From an uncultured beta proteobacterium (GTDB lineage: Bacteria; Pseudomonadota; Gammaproteobacteria; Burkholderiales; SG8-39): a DNA stretch of 64,000 bases. Shown piece after piece: positions 19,150-27,661 of this stretch. A program made the position numbers and the translations under genes. The stretch is taken from positions 11,096 through 75,095 of the forward strand of contig CAVUSZ010000019.1 in assembly GCA_963744255.1 (NCBI GenBank), given 5' to 3'. Position 1 is the first letter of the stretch. Each line of letters opens with the position of its first letter. The notes under the pieces are model-generated. The model saw only the letters and a program-made list of their open reading frames with translations. It had not been told where the DNA came from and made no database searches.

Positions 19150-19461
19150 GTGAGGCAGTCGCCGGTGGCGCAAGCGAACGAGCGCTATAGCGATACCGCC
19201 GGTACCGGCGGCCAAAGTCGCGCCAGCGGTTTCCGCCCGGCCTTCCTCGATCGTGCGACGCGGATCGTGTACCCCTCTCGCTACGCCGATGGACGGCTCG
19301 CGCCGTTCCACGTGCTCGACGGCCTGCCGCGTCCGCTCGTCGTCACCCGGCACCGCGACGGCGTGGTCGTCGGCGTGAAGACGGCGGTGATGGCTGGGTT
19401 CGTCAGGAGCGGACGCTTCCACACGCACGCGCAGGCGGCGCGTGCGCTCGTCCGGGCATAG
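19150..19461 (+). CDS. Hypothetical protein (about 100 aa; start uncertain)
   Basis: ORF only. I weakly recall the FLDRATRIVYPSRYADGRLAPFHVLDGLP block as a conserved betaproteobacterial hypothetical protein. Confidence 0.4.
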   Translation: MRQSPVAQANERYSDTAGTGGQSRASGFRPAFLDRATRIVYPSRYADGRLAPFHVLDGLPRPLVVTRHRDGVVVGVKTAVMAGFVRSGRFHTHAQAARALVRA

Positions 19462-20086
19462 CTCGGACGCCGACCTCTTTTCCAGACGTCCTGCGGTGCA
19501 TCGTCCAGGGTCTCCTTCGGGCGAGGAACCGCGGCTCGAATCTTGCGTCGCTGATACTCTCTGGCGCCTTGGCGCGGCGCCTGCTTTCCCGGAGTTTTCC
19601 GGACGCGGCTGCGACGCGTCCCAGCACAAGCGGCGTATCCGCGCGGCAGACGCCATCGTGTTCGCCACGCCGGAGTACAACTACTCGATGTCGGGCGTGC
19701 TGAAGAACGCGCTCGATTGCGCCTCGCGGCCCCACGGCGACAACGCATGGGCCGGGAAGCCCGTCGCGATCATGAGCGCCTCGATGGGGCTCTTCGGTGG
19801 CACCCGGGCCCAGCACCACCTCCGGCAGTCGCTGGTTTTCCTCGACATGTGCCCGATCAACCAGCCGGAGGTCGCGATCGCCAACGCGGCGAAGGCGTTC
19901 GGGCCGCAGGGCGATCTCGTGGACGAAACGAGCCGCAAGCTGATCCGCGAACTGCTCACCAACCTGACGCGCTGGACGCGCCGGCTCCAGGCGACCGCGG
20001 AGGGCGACAAAGCGGCGCCCGGCGATGAAGGTGCACCTACCCAGGGGCGGCGTGCGCCGGTCGCCGCTCGCTCGGCCGCATCCTGA
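19442..20086 (+). pseudogene. NADPH-dependent FMN reductase, N-terminal part degraded
   Basis: From ADAIVFATPEYNYSMSGVLKNALDCASRP onward it is a clean family match. The expected N-terminal GSLR..S.N block appears only in another frame (VQGLLRARNRGSNLASL, about 19500-19560), with no start codon. Confidence 0.45.
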
Positions 20087-20220
20087 CCGGCGGCTCCCGA
20101 CTCCTGGACGGCCGCGTCGGCACCTTCATCAGCCTTGCATCGCGCATGCCCAGTTACCAAGGCTGGACCCGACGTGCCGTTTCAGACGGGGCTCGCGCCC
20201 CCCGATCCCCCGCGCGCCTT

Positions 20221-20664
20221 CTACTCCACGATCTCAGCCGCGCTCCGCAGCGTCTCCGGTAGGCGCGCCTCCACATGCGGAAAAAGCCGCGCTTCCTCCT
20301 CCTCTATGTGCTCTTGCACGGCCTCGATCAGCCACGCCATCATGGCCTCGTGCTCCGGGTCGTAAGGGGACAACTCGGCGAGTTCGTCCAGGCCGGCTCG
20401 CACCGCGGCATGCACGTTTGCCGCGCGCCGCACTGCTTCCTCTGCCTCGTGCCGGAGCACCTGGTGCAGGGTCTCCTCCTCCAGGCTCAAGTACAGCCGG
20501 AGCTCCAGGCAGATCTCACGGGTCAGCGCCTCCCGGGTGCCGTCTGCGGCGTCCACGTACTGCGCGAAGAGCCGACGGAGCGCCGCGTGGTGAGCGCGAA
20601 GGAGATCGGTGGCCGACCGATGGGCGGATTCGCGTTCTGCCGTCGTCAGGGGATTGAGTTCCAT
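20221..20664 (-). CDS. Hemerythrin-domain protein
   Basis: 147 aa from MELNPL. Spaced His/Glu ligand pattern (HH..L, H..E.., EH.EEEE..LFP). Confidence 0.75.
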   Translation of the reverse strand: MELNPLTTAERESAHRSATDLLRAHHAALRRLFAQYVDAADGTREALTREICLELRLYLSLEEETLHQVLRHEAEEAVRRAANVHAAVRAGLDELAELSPYDPEHEAMMAWLIEAVQEHIEEEEARLFPHVEARLPETLRSAAEIVE

Positions 20665-20799
20665 GGTCTTCAGCGGACATGAAAAAGAATGGGCGAAGAG
20701 CAAAACCAAGCATCAAACGTGCCGGCTGATCGACCCCGGTGCCCCGTAGGGCATGATGATTGCACGGGGTCGGTACGGGTTTCGCTGGAGAGATCACCC

Positions 20800-22164
20800 A
20801 TGACGAGATGCGAACGCCTCAGGTTGCCCAGCTTGGCAACGATCCTCATCGCTGCCTTCGTCGCGGCTTGCACCAACTCTGCCCGGTCCCCGGTCTCGCT
20901 CGGGATCGGCGCAAATCCCACGCTGCCGCCCCCGGAAAAGTCGCTGATTCCATCGGTGAAGGTCGCGCCCGCCAAACCGTGGCCGGACGGGTCCAAGCCC
21001 GCGGCTGCCGCGGGACTCGTCGTGAATGAGTTCGCGAGCGGGCTCGACCACCCCCGTTGGCTGTACGTGCTTCCCAACGGCGATGTGCTCGTCGCCGAGA
21101 CCAACGCCCCCGAGCGACCGCTGCGCAAGGAGCTGCTCGGCTTCAGGGGCTGGGTCATGGGCAAGGTGATGGGGCGCGCCGGCGCCGCGGTGCCGAGCGC
21201 GGATCGCATCACGCTGCTCCGCGACGCGGATGGCGACGGCACCGCCGAAGTCCGCTCGGTGTTCGTCGAGCAGTTGAATTCGCCGTTCGGCATGGCGCTC
21301 GTAGGCAACGAGCTCTTCATCGCCAACACCGATGCGCTGGTGAAGCTGCCGTACCGGGACGGCGACACGAAAGCCTCAGGCCCGGTCACCAAGGTCGCCG
21401 ACCTTCCCGGCGGTCCGCTGAACCATCACTGGACCAAGGGCCTGATCGCAAGCGCCGACGGGTCGAAGCTCTACGTCGCGGTCGGCTCGAACAGCAACGT
21501 CGCGGAGCACGGCATGAAGCACGAGGAGGGTCGCGCGGCGATCTGGGAGTTCGACCGCGCGAGCGGCCAGGGGCGCGTTTTCGCGAGCGGCCTGCGCAAC
21601 CCGGTCGGCATGGCCTGGCAGGGCGACACGCTGTGGACCTCGGTCAACGAGCGCGACGAGCTCGGCCCGAACCTCGTTCCCGACTACATGACCTCGGTGC
21701 GCGATGGCGGGTTCTACGGCTGGCCGTACAGCTATTTCGGGAAGCACGTCGACGAGCGCGTGCAGCCGCAGCGGCCCGAGCTGGTCGCGAAGGCCATCAA
21801 GCCCGACTATGCGCTCGGGTCGCACACCGCCTCGCTCGGCCTCGCCTCCGCCAGGGGTTCGACGCTCCCCGCGCCGTTCAGCGACGGCATGTTCGTCGGC
21901 CAGCACGGTTCATGGAACCGCGACCCGCCGAGCGGCTACAAGGTCATCTTCGTTCCGTTCAGCAGCGGCCAACCGAGCGGAGTGCCGCTCGACGTGCTGA
22001 CCGGGTTCCTCGGCAGCGAAGGCGAGGCTTTCGGGCGTCCGGTCGGCGTCGCGATCGACCGGCGGGGCGCGCTGCTCGTCGCGGATGACGTCGGCAACGT
22101 CATCTGGCGGGTGAGCGCCGCGCGCGCGCCCGCGACTGGCACCGGATCAGCGCCGCCGCGCTAA
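20800..22164 (+). CDS. PQQ-dependent sugar (sorbosone/glucose) dehydrogenase lipoprotein
   Basis: Start MTRCERLRLPSLATILIAAFVAAC (lipobox) with GGAGAG upstream. It has beta-propeller family blocks such as DGDGTAE, LYVAVGSNSNV, GLRNPVGMAW and GFYGWPY. Confidence 0.85.
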   Translation: MTRCERLRLPSLATILIAAFVAACTNSARSPVSLGIGANPTLPPPEKSLIPSVKVAPAKPWPDGSKPAAAAGLVVNEFASGLDHPRWLYVLPNGDVLVAETNAPERPLRKELLGFRGWVMGKVMGRAGAAVPSADRITLLRDADGDGTAEVRSVFVEQLNSPFGMALVGNELFIANTDALVKLPYRDGDTKASGPVTKVADLPGGPLNHHWTKGLIASADGSKLYVAVGSNSNVAEHGMKHEEGRAAIWEFDRASGQGRVFASGLRNPVGMAWQGDTLWTSVNERDELGPNLVPDYMTSVRDGGFYGWPYSYFGKHVDERVQPQRPELVAKAIKPDYALGSHTASLGLASARGSTLPAPFSDGMFVGQHGSWNRDPPSGYKVIFVPFSSGQPSGVPLDVLTGFLGSEGEAFGRPVGVAIDRRGALLVADDVGNVIWRVSAARAPATGTGSAPPR

Positions 22165-22202
22165 AGACGGAACGCGAGCGCAACGCGCCATGCCGCAGCG
22201 AG

Positions 22203-22748
22203 ATGGCGGACGCGCACGCAGAGCGGTTCCCCCGATCCGTCGGGCGGGCGCAGCAGCGCGACGCCACCGGCAACCCGTCGGCTTCACCGACCCAACCACC
22301 CCGCTCGATGTCGAGCGGCCGGTCGAGAGGCCAAGGCGCCGGTGACAGGTCGCAGCAAAGCGGGTCCGCCGATTCGTCGGGCCGGGTGCAGCAGCGCGAC
22401 GCCACCGGCAACCCGTCGGGCTCACCGACCCAATCGCCGCGCTCGATGTCGAGCGACCGCTCGATGGGCCAGGGCGGCAGCGATCGGCTGCAGCACGGTC
22501 AGTCCGGCGCGAGCACCGTGCGCGACGTCCAGCAAGCGCTCGAGAGGAAGGGCTACGACGTCGGGCCGATTGACGGCGTCATGGGCCCGCGCACGCAATC
22601 GGCGCTACGGGAGTTCCAGCAGCAGCAGGGCTTGGCCCAGTCCGGCCAGATCGACCAGCAGACGCTGTCGGCGCTCGACGTGGAGCCGAGAGGGGCCGGC
22701 GACCGCACCGGCATGGGTGGCAGTACCAGCGGTCGTAGCGGCGGCTAA
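22203..22748 (+). CDS. Peptidoglycan-binding (PG_binding_1) domain protein with repeated low-complexity N-terminus
   Basis: The C-terminal VRDVQQALERKGYDVGPIDGVMGPRTQSALREFQQQQGLAQSGQIDQQTLSAL is a classic PG-binding repeat. Confidence 0.7.
   Translation: MADAHAERFPRSVGRAQQRDATGNPSASPTQPPRSMSSGRSRGQGAGDRSQQSGSADSSGRVQQRDATGNPSGSPTQSPRSMSSDRSMGQGGSDRLQHGQSGASTVRDVQQALERKGYDVGPIDGVMGPRTQSALREFQQQQGLAQSGQIDQQTLSALDVEPRGAGDRTGMGGSTSGRSGG
22234..22468. repeat. Imperfect direct duplication, period 138 bp (46 codons)
   Basis: CCGAT(C/T)CGTCGGGC..GCAGCAGCGCGACGCCACCGGCAACCCGTCGG..CACCGACCCAA..CGCTCGATGTCGAGCG occurs at about 22234 and about 22372. It encodes QQRDATGNPS.SPTQ.PRSMSS.RS twice. Confidence 0.8.
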
Positions 22749-22768
22749 CCGAGCGCCCACGACGAGCG

Positions 22769-22800
22769 AGCGGCGGAGACTTATCTCCGCCGCTTTTTTT
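22769..22800 (+). terminator. Rho-independent terminator
   Basis: AGCGGCGGAGA-CTTA-TCTCCGCCGCT hairpin followed by T7. Confidence 0.8.
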
Positions 22801-22865
22801 CCGCGCTCGCGGGCCCGCGACTTGCTGAACCGGGGCGCGCTTCGCACTTTCCGAGGAAACGCTCA

Positions 22866-23875
22866 ATGAGTCAGGCCAAAACCCACGCCGCGCAAGTGGG
22901 CGGCGCCACTGCCGAGAAGCAGCGCGCCATTCAGCGCGAGCAGGACGCGCGCGACCGGGCGAAGTCGCGCAAGGGCGGCAAATCCGGTGGCGACAAGCCG
23001 GTGCAGGCCGGTACTCGCGAGCAGCCGGAGGGGCTGCCTGCCCAGCATCTCGAGAAACCCGGCCGGGAAGCTGATCTGGAGCTTGCGCCGCGCTTTCTGG
23101 CGCCGGACTACAAGGGCAGCGGCAAGCTCGAGGGCATGGCCGCGATCGTGACCGGCGGCGACTCGGGCATCGGGCGCGCGGTCGCGGTGCTGTTCGCGCG
23201 CGAGGGCGCCGACGTCGCGCATCGTCTACCTCGAACGAGCACGAGGACGCGAAGGACACGCAAGCGCACGTCGAGGCCGAGGGCCGCCGCTGCGTGACCA
23301 TCTCCGGCGACGTCAAGGACATGCGCGTTCTGCGAGCAGGCGGTCGAGGAGGTGGTGCGCAAGCTCGGCCGCCTCGACGTCCTCGTCAACAACGCCGCAT
23401 TCCAGGAGCACGCCGCATCGCTCGAGGACATCACCGACGAGCGCCTCGACGAGACATTGCGCACCAATGTCTACGGCTACTTCCACATGGCGCGCGCCGC
23501 GCTGCCCGCACCTCAAGCGCGGCGCATCGATCATCAACACCGGCTCGGTCGTCGGCCTGGAAGGCAGTGCGCAGCTGCTCGACTACTCGACCACCAAGGG
23601 CGCGATCCACGCGTTCACCAAGTCGCTCGCGCAGAACCTGCTCGACAAGGGCATCCGCGTCAACGCGGTTGCGCCCGGCCCGGTATGGACGCCGCTGAAC
23701 CCGGCCGACCGACCGGCCGAGAAGGTCGCGCAGTTCGGCCAGCAACACCGACATGAAGCGCGCCGCGCAGCCCGAGGAGATCTCGCCCGCCTTCGTGTTC
23801 CTCGCGTCGCCGGTCTGCTCGGGCTACATCACCGGCATCGTGCTGCCGATCACCGGCAGCGTCGGCGCCATCTAA
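22866..23875 (+). pseudogene. YghA/general-stress-protein-39-type SDR oxidoreductase broken by five +1 frame shifts
   Basis: The full family sequence can be read across frames 0>1>2>0>1>2: ..TGGDSGIGRAVAVLFAREGADVA | IVYL | NEHEDAKDTQAHVEAEGRRCVTISGDVKD | FCEQAVEEVVRKLGRLDVLVNNAA..ARAALP | HLKRGASIINTGS..YSTTKGAIHAF..APGPVWTPL..AQFGQQ | TDMKRAAQPEEISPAFVFLAS..ITGSVGAI-stop. The span is 1010 nt, which equals 335 codons plus 5. Confidence 0.8.
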
Positions 23876-24614
23876 CGCAGGACAACCTCGAGGTTGCCGA
23901 CCAGGCGGGCGAGGAGGACAGAGCATCGATCGAAAGCGAGTGCTCTACCGGTTCATTGCGTCTTATCACAAGGGACAGGCCTCTCCCGGCGACTGACCCG
24001 GACGCCGCCCCGGAACGCCGTTTGCAGGTCATGCTGCGTCGGAACTCGACCGCGATCGTCGTGGCGCGGACACGGCGGCCGTAGTCGGCTCGCCTCATTG
24101 ACCTCGGGCCGGCGCGGAGCCATCCGGACGTCCTGGCCTCTCTAAGGTGCATTCCCGCGATGCCACGGGCCGCCAAACGCGCCTTGGTGCTGCGAGGGAT
24201 AGCGTCCTCTCGCGCTCTGGCGATGACCCGGAGCGAATCGACCTCACCGGATACGAGTCGCTCGTACCAGACATAGCTGCGTGCGATCGCCTTGATCGCG
24301 CGCGCGGCGAGCATCAAGAGCGCGCACATCCCCGGCTCGGGCGCAAGCCCGTGTACGTGGACCGCGGCAATGCCAAATCGTGTAGAGGGCCAGTTGGCGG
24401 CACAGATGCGATTCTCAGCGTCGATCGACCGCCTGGGTCTGATCGCAAGCAGCGCCAAACTGACGAGATCGGAGCAACAACAGAACGATCCGCGCGCGAG
24501 GCTATCGCGCGCGGATCGTGTCACACCAGTCCGGGCCGTCGTCGTCCTGAAGCTGCCGATCGCACGATTGCGGACCACAACAGCGAGAGGCCGGCCTGCA
24601 ACGTTACGTGGCAC
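23850..24614 (-). pseudogene. Decayed recombinase (serine-recombinase-type C-terminal region) remnant
   Basis: IKAIARSYVWYERLVSGEVDSLRVIARAREDAIPRS resembles the ARAHRW...LESGE..S..E.A...G...SYV block of resolvase-related recombinases. The expected L.LAP.IV..I continuation is only visible, degenerate, in another frame. No intact catalytic domain is present. Confidence 0.3.
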
Positions 24615-24621
24615 ACGTGTG

Positions 24622-25827
24622 CTACCACGGCGCCATCAAGTAGCGCACGGTCATCCCTTCCTCGGAGAAACGGATGCTGGAGACCTCGCCCACCCGCGGG
24701 TCGAGGTGCTTCTGCTCGATGTATTGATCAGTGAGGTCCCGCAAGAGACCCAAGAAAAGCGCCCGCTTGTCCTCGGCATTGAGCCGGTTGCTCGCCACCT
24801 CGGCGAACACGCCCTTGAGAACCTGATCGACCACGACTTCACCGGCCACGACCGTCGAGAAGTGGCCCTCGAGCTCACCCTTGGCAATGACTGCCACGGG
24901 GCCGAACTTGGCCATGCGCAAGGACAATTTGAGGCCAAGGTCCTCCACGGAGACATCCGGTGCGTTATCGCAGGGAATGCCCGGGCTTCCGGCCGTGCCT
25001 GGGATGCGCAGCGTCAGGCCCTCGGTCGAGACGCTGACCTCGTGCTGCCTACCGGTACTCGTGTTCGGTTCGGCGCGGAACTGGAAGCGATTGATCTTGC
25101 AGGTGATGTAAAACTTGGGCGCGGGCCACGGATCCACTAGCTTGCGGAAGACGTTCACCGGCAAGTCCACGTCGCGCAGACTGGGCACCTGGGTCGCCGG
25201 CACGCAGGCGGGACAGGTGCTGGCGTCGCATTGCCGCTTGCGGCTTTGGGCCTTGGCATGCGGCCCCCATTGCAGGTAGCTCAACGAGGTATACGGACCA
25301 CACACCGACTTGCAAGTTTGATTGTGGTTCCTGCACTGGTCCAGACACCTGCCGAGCTGCTTCGGGGGAGTGTCCTTGCACCGGTCCTGGCACTCCGCGG
25401 GACCGGGGTTCGGCGCCGGCTGGCAGCGCTGCACCATGTTCCAGAATGTGAGCTGATCACCGTCGGTGTGCGAGACCTGAAGTACGGTTCCGGAAAGACC
25501 GAGCCAGATCGTATTGCTGATGAATTGGGCCGGAACGGTGATCGTTCGAATGATCTCCGGCGGAGGCGGCGTCGGCGGCGGATTGTCGGGATCGGTAGGT
25601 TCGTCCTCGGGCGGGTCTGGCGGGCCGCAATCGCCGCCCGGACAATCGAGGCGGGCGAGCTGGAGCTGACCCCGGTGGTTGTCGTCTGCGGCGCAGTTGA
25701 TTTGCTCTGCGTCGGTAAGGTCGCTGGTTTCTACCTCATCGGGTGTTATGGCATGCACGGTCATCATGCTCAACAAGAGAGTGGACAAACCGAGCGATCG
25801 TAAGATGCCAGGCGATATTCGTAACAT
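24622..25827 (-). CDS. Orphan secreted cysteine-rich protein (about 400 aa)
   Basis: It has a signal peptide MLRISPGILRSLGLSTLLLSMMTVHA|ITP (an alternative start at 25854 exists). An acidic/proline linker PPDPPEDEPTDPDNPPPTPPPPE follows, then a Cys-rich middle (CQDRCKD..CLDQCRNHNQTCKSVCG..CDASTCPAC) and an unrecognised 170-aa C-terminal domain. GC is visibly lower than in the neighbours. Confidence 0.7.
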   Translation of the reverse strand: MLRISPGILRSLGLSTLLLSMMTVHAITPDEVETSDLTDAEQINCAADDNHRGQLQLARLDCPGGDCGPPDPPEDEPTDPDNPPPTPPPPEIIRTITVPAQFISNTIWLGLSGTVLQVSHTDGDQLTFWNMVQRCQPAPNPGPAECQDRCKDTPPKQLGRCLDQCRNHNQTCKSVCGPYTSLSYLQWGPHAKAQSRKRQCDASTCPACVPATQVPSLRDVDLPVNVFRKLVDPWPAPKFYITCKINRFQFRAEPNTSTGRQHEVSVSTEGLTLRIPGTAGSPGIPCDNAPDVSVEDLGLKLSLRMAKFGPVAVIAKGELEGHFSTVVAGEVVVDQVLKGVFAEVASNRLNAEDKRALFLGLLRDLTDQYIEQKHLDPRVGEVSSIRFSEEGMTVRYLMAPW

Positions 25828-26477
25828 GATCGAGATCTCCAAAAAAGTTCGCATTCGAAAAGCGTCGCGCGTTGCGGTCGCCTCAGCTCACAAGCAAATG
25901 GCTTCCGCTTGCACTACCGCGGATCGCAAGTGGCATGCCAAGTGAACACTGGGCCATTTGCTCTTGTTCATGAGGAAGTTAGAGAGCTGCTCGATGACGA
26001 GGCCGGTGCAACGAAACTTGCTTGACGTACGCCGACCTGAGCCGGCCGCCTCGAGAGTGAAGTCAGGGGTTTTTCGGTAACGCGCGCGCAACGACCGTTG
26101 CGCCGCCACCTGACGCGGGCTTGCAGACGAAACGTTTGCGTCCGCTGCCCTTACCCTCGCGCGGACGGGTAGGCTTGCGTGCGTTGCATGAGGTGTCGGT
26201 CGTGGGCTGGCTGCCGCACACTCCGCAAACGGCGCCGAGCGGCGAGTACGCCGGGGCGCACGGCGCTCAGCTGCTCCGAGCTCGACTACGGGGCATTTCC
26301 GAAAGCTTCAGAGCGAGGGGGTTCATCCGGGAGCTCACGCACAGGTACGGTTGCGCGCCGTCGACAATGCGTAGTGATATCTCGTGACACGCGTTGTGGA
26401 CGTTCACGTCCGCCACCGTGCCCAAGCAGCAGACGCAGGCTTCGCCGGTCTCCGAGTCCTTGGGGTGAAAGTCATTT

Positions 26478-26504
26478 CGGCGGCCTGCGGCCGCCGTTTT
26501 TTTT
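26478..26504 (+). terminator. Rho-independent terminator closing an ORF-free region
   Basis: CGGCGGCC-TGC-GGCCGCCG hairpin followed by T8, preceded by a GGGGTGAAAGTC core at 26462-26473. Confidence 0.75.
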
Positions 26505-26646
26505 CACGTTGGAACCCGTTTTCTGTGACGTGAATTAGCGCTGAACGACCGGCGCTGGCGGGCGCCGTCTGTAGCGGTTTCGACAAGGCCGTCGAGCCCG
26601 CTACGGCTACGGTTGAACCGGGCGTGCCCGGCCCCATAACTGGGCC

Positions 26647-27501
26647 ATGAGCGCGCATTCCTTCGACGCGACCACCGCCGATTTCGACCGCGACGTCCTC
26701 GAGGCCTCGAAACGGATTCCGGTGGTGGTGGACTTCTGGGCGCCCTGGTGCGGCCCGTGCCGGGCGCTCAAGCCCGTTCTCGAAAAGCTCGTCGCCGAAT
26801 TTGAAGGCAAGTTCCTGCTGGCGAAGCTCAACACGGACGAGAACCCCGAAATCGCCGCGCGCTACAACGTCCGCGGGATCCCGAACGTGAAGGCATTCGT
26901 CGACGGCAACCTCGCAAGCGAGTTCACGGGCGCGCAGCCCGAGTCGGCGGTGCGACGGTTCCTCGAGTCGCTCGTGCCATCGCCGAGCGAGGTGCTGCGG
27001 CGTAGCGCGCAGGGCGAAGTCGCCCAAGGCGAGTTCGACGCCGCCGAGGCGAAGCTGCGGCAGGCGATCGCGATCGACGCCGGCAACGACGCGGCGCGTA
27101 TCGATCTCGCCGAGTTGCTGGCCGCGCGGCGGGATCTCGCGGGTGCCGAGGCCGAGCTCGCGGCGATCCCGGAGGGTCGGCGCGAGGGTCGTGCCGCAAG
27201 CCTTCTCACGCGGATCGCGCTCGAGCGGAAGCGCGCAAGCCTGCCCGAGGCGGCGACGCTCAAGACACGCGTCGATGCGCAACCCGACGACCTCGACGCT
27301 CGCGTTGCCTACGCCGAACGTCTCGTCGCCGACGGACGATACCCCGCGGCGCTCGACGAGTTGGTCGAGGTCGTGCGGCGTGATCGAGGCGACCGCCGCG
27401 AGCAGGCGCGCAAGGCGATCCTCGAGGTCTTCGGCCTGGCCGCAGACGACCCAGACCTCGTAGCCGAATACCGTCGAAAGCTCGGCTCGGCGCTGTACTA
27501 G
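26647..27501 (+). CDS. Thioredoxin-domain plus TPR protein (YbbN/CnoX-like)
   Basis: N-terminal VVDFWAPWCGPCRAL thioredoxin motif followed by a C-terminal TPR-like helical half. Confidence 0.85.
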   Translation: MSAHSFDATTADFDRDVLEASKRIPVVVDFWAPWCGPCRALKPVLEKLVAEFEGKFLLAKLNTDENPEIAARYNVRGIPNVKAFVDGNLASEFTGAQPESAVRRFLESLVPSPSEVLRRSAQGEVAQGEFDAAEAKLRQAIAIDAGNDAARIDLAELLAARRDLAGAEAELAAIPEGRREGRAASLLTRIALERKRASLPEAATLKTRVDAQPDDLDARVAYAERLVADGRYPAALDELVEVVRRDRGDRREQARKAILEVFGLAADDPDLVAEYRRKLGSALY

Positions 27502-27661
27502 CGACCGGCTGGCGGCGAGGATTTCCAAGGGGCCTTGGCCACCCTGTTCCGGCATGAGAGGTATGCAAGGGAAGTCTTCCCTTGTTCGTGCGACCGTACC
27601 AGGGGGTAGCCAGTCGCCTGATTCTTCAGGCACAATCGGCCGCAACCACCGTCTGCCGCCG

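Noticed and set aside
26331-26353. Possible group II intron domain V (GCACAGGTACGGTTG resembles GCACGUACGGUUC).
   Set aside because: The complementary 5' half of domain V is absent. There is no GUGYG 5' end in a sensible position and no intron-encoded reverse transcriptase.
26121-26538. ORFs 26121..26387 and 26179..26538 as protein-coding genes.
   Set aside because: The translations are Arg/Ser/Cys-rich with no motif or RBS, and one runs straight through the terminator hairpin. They are treated as non-coding.
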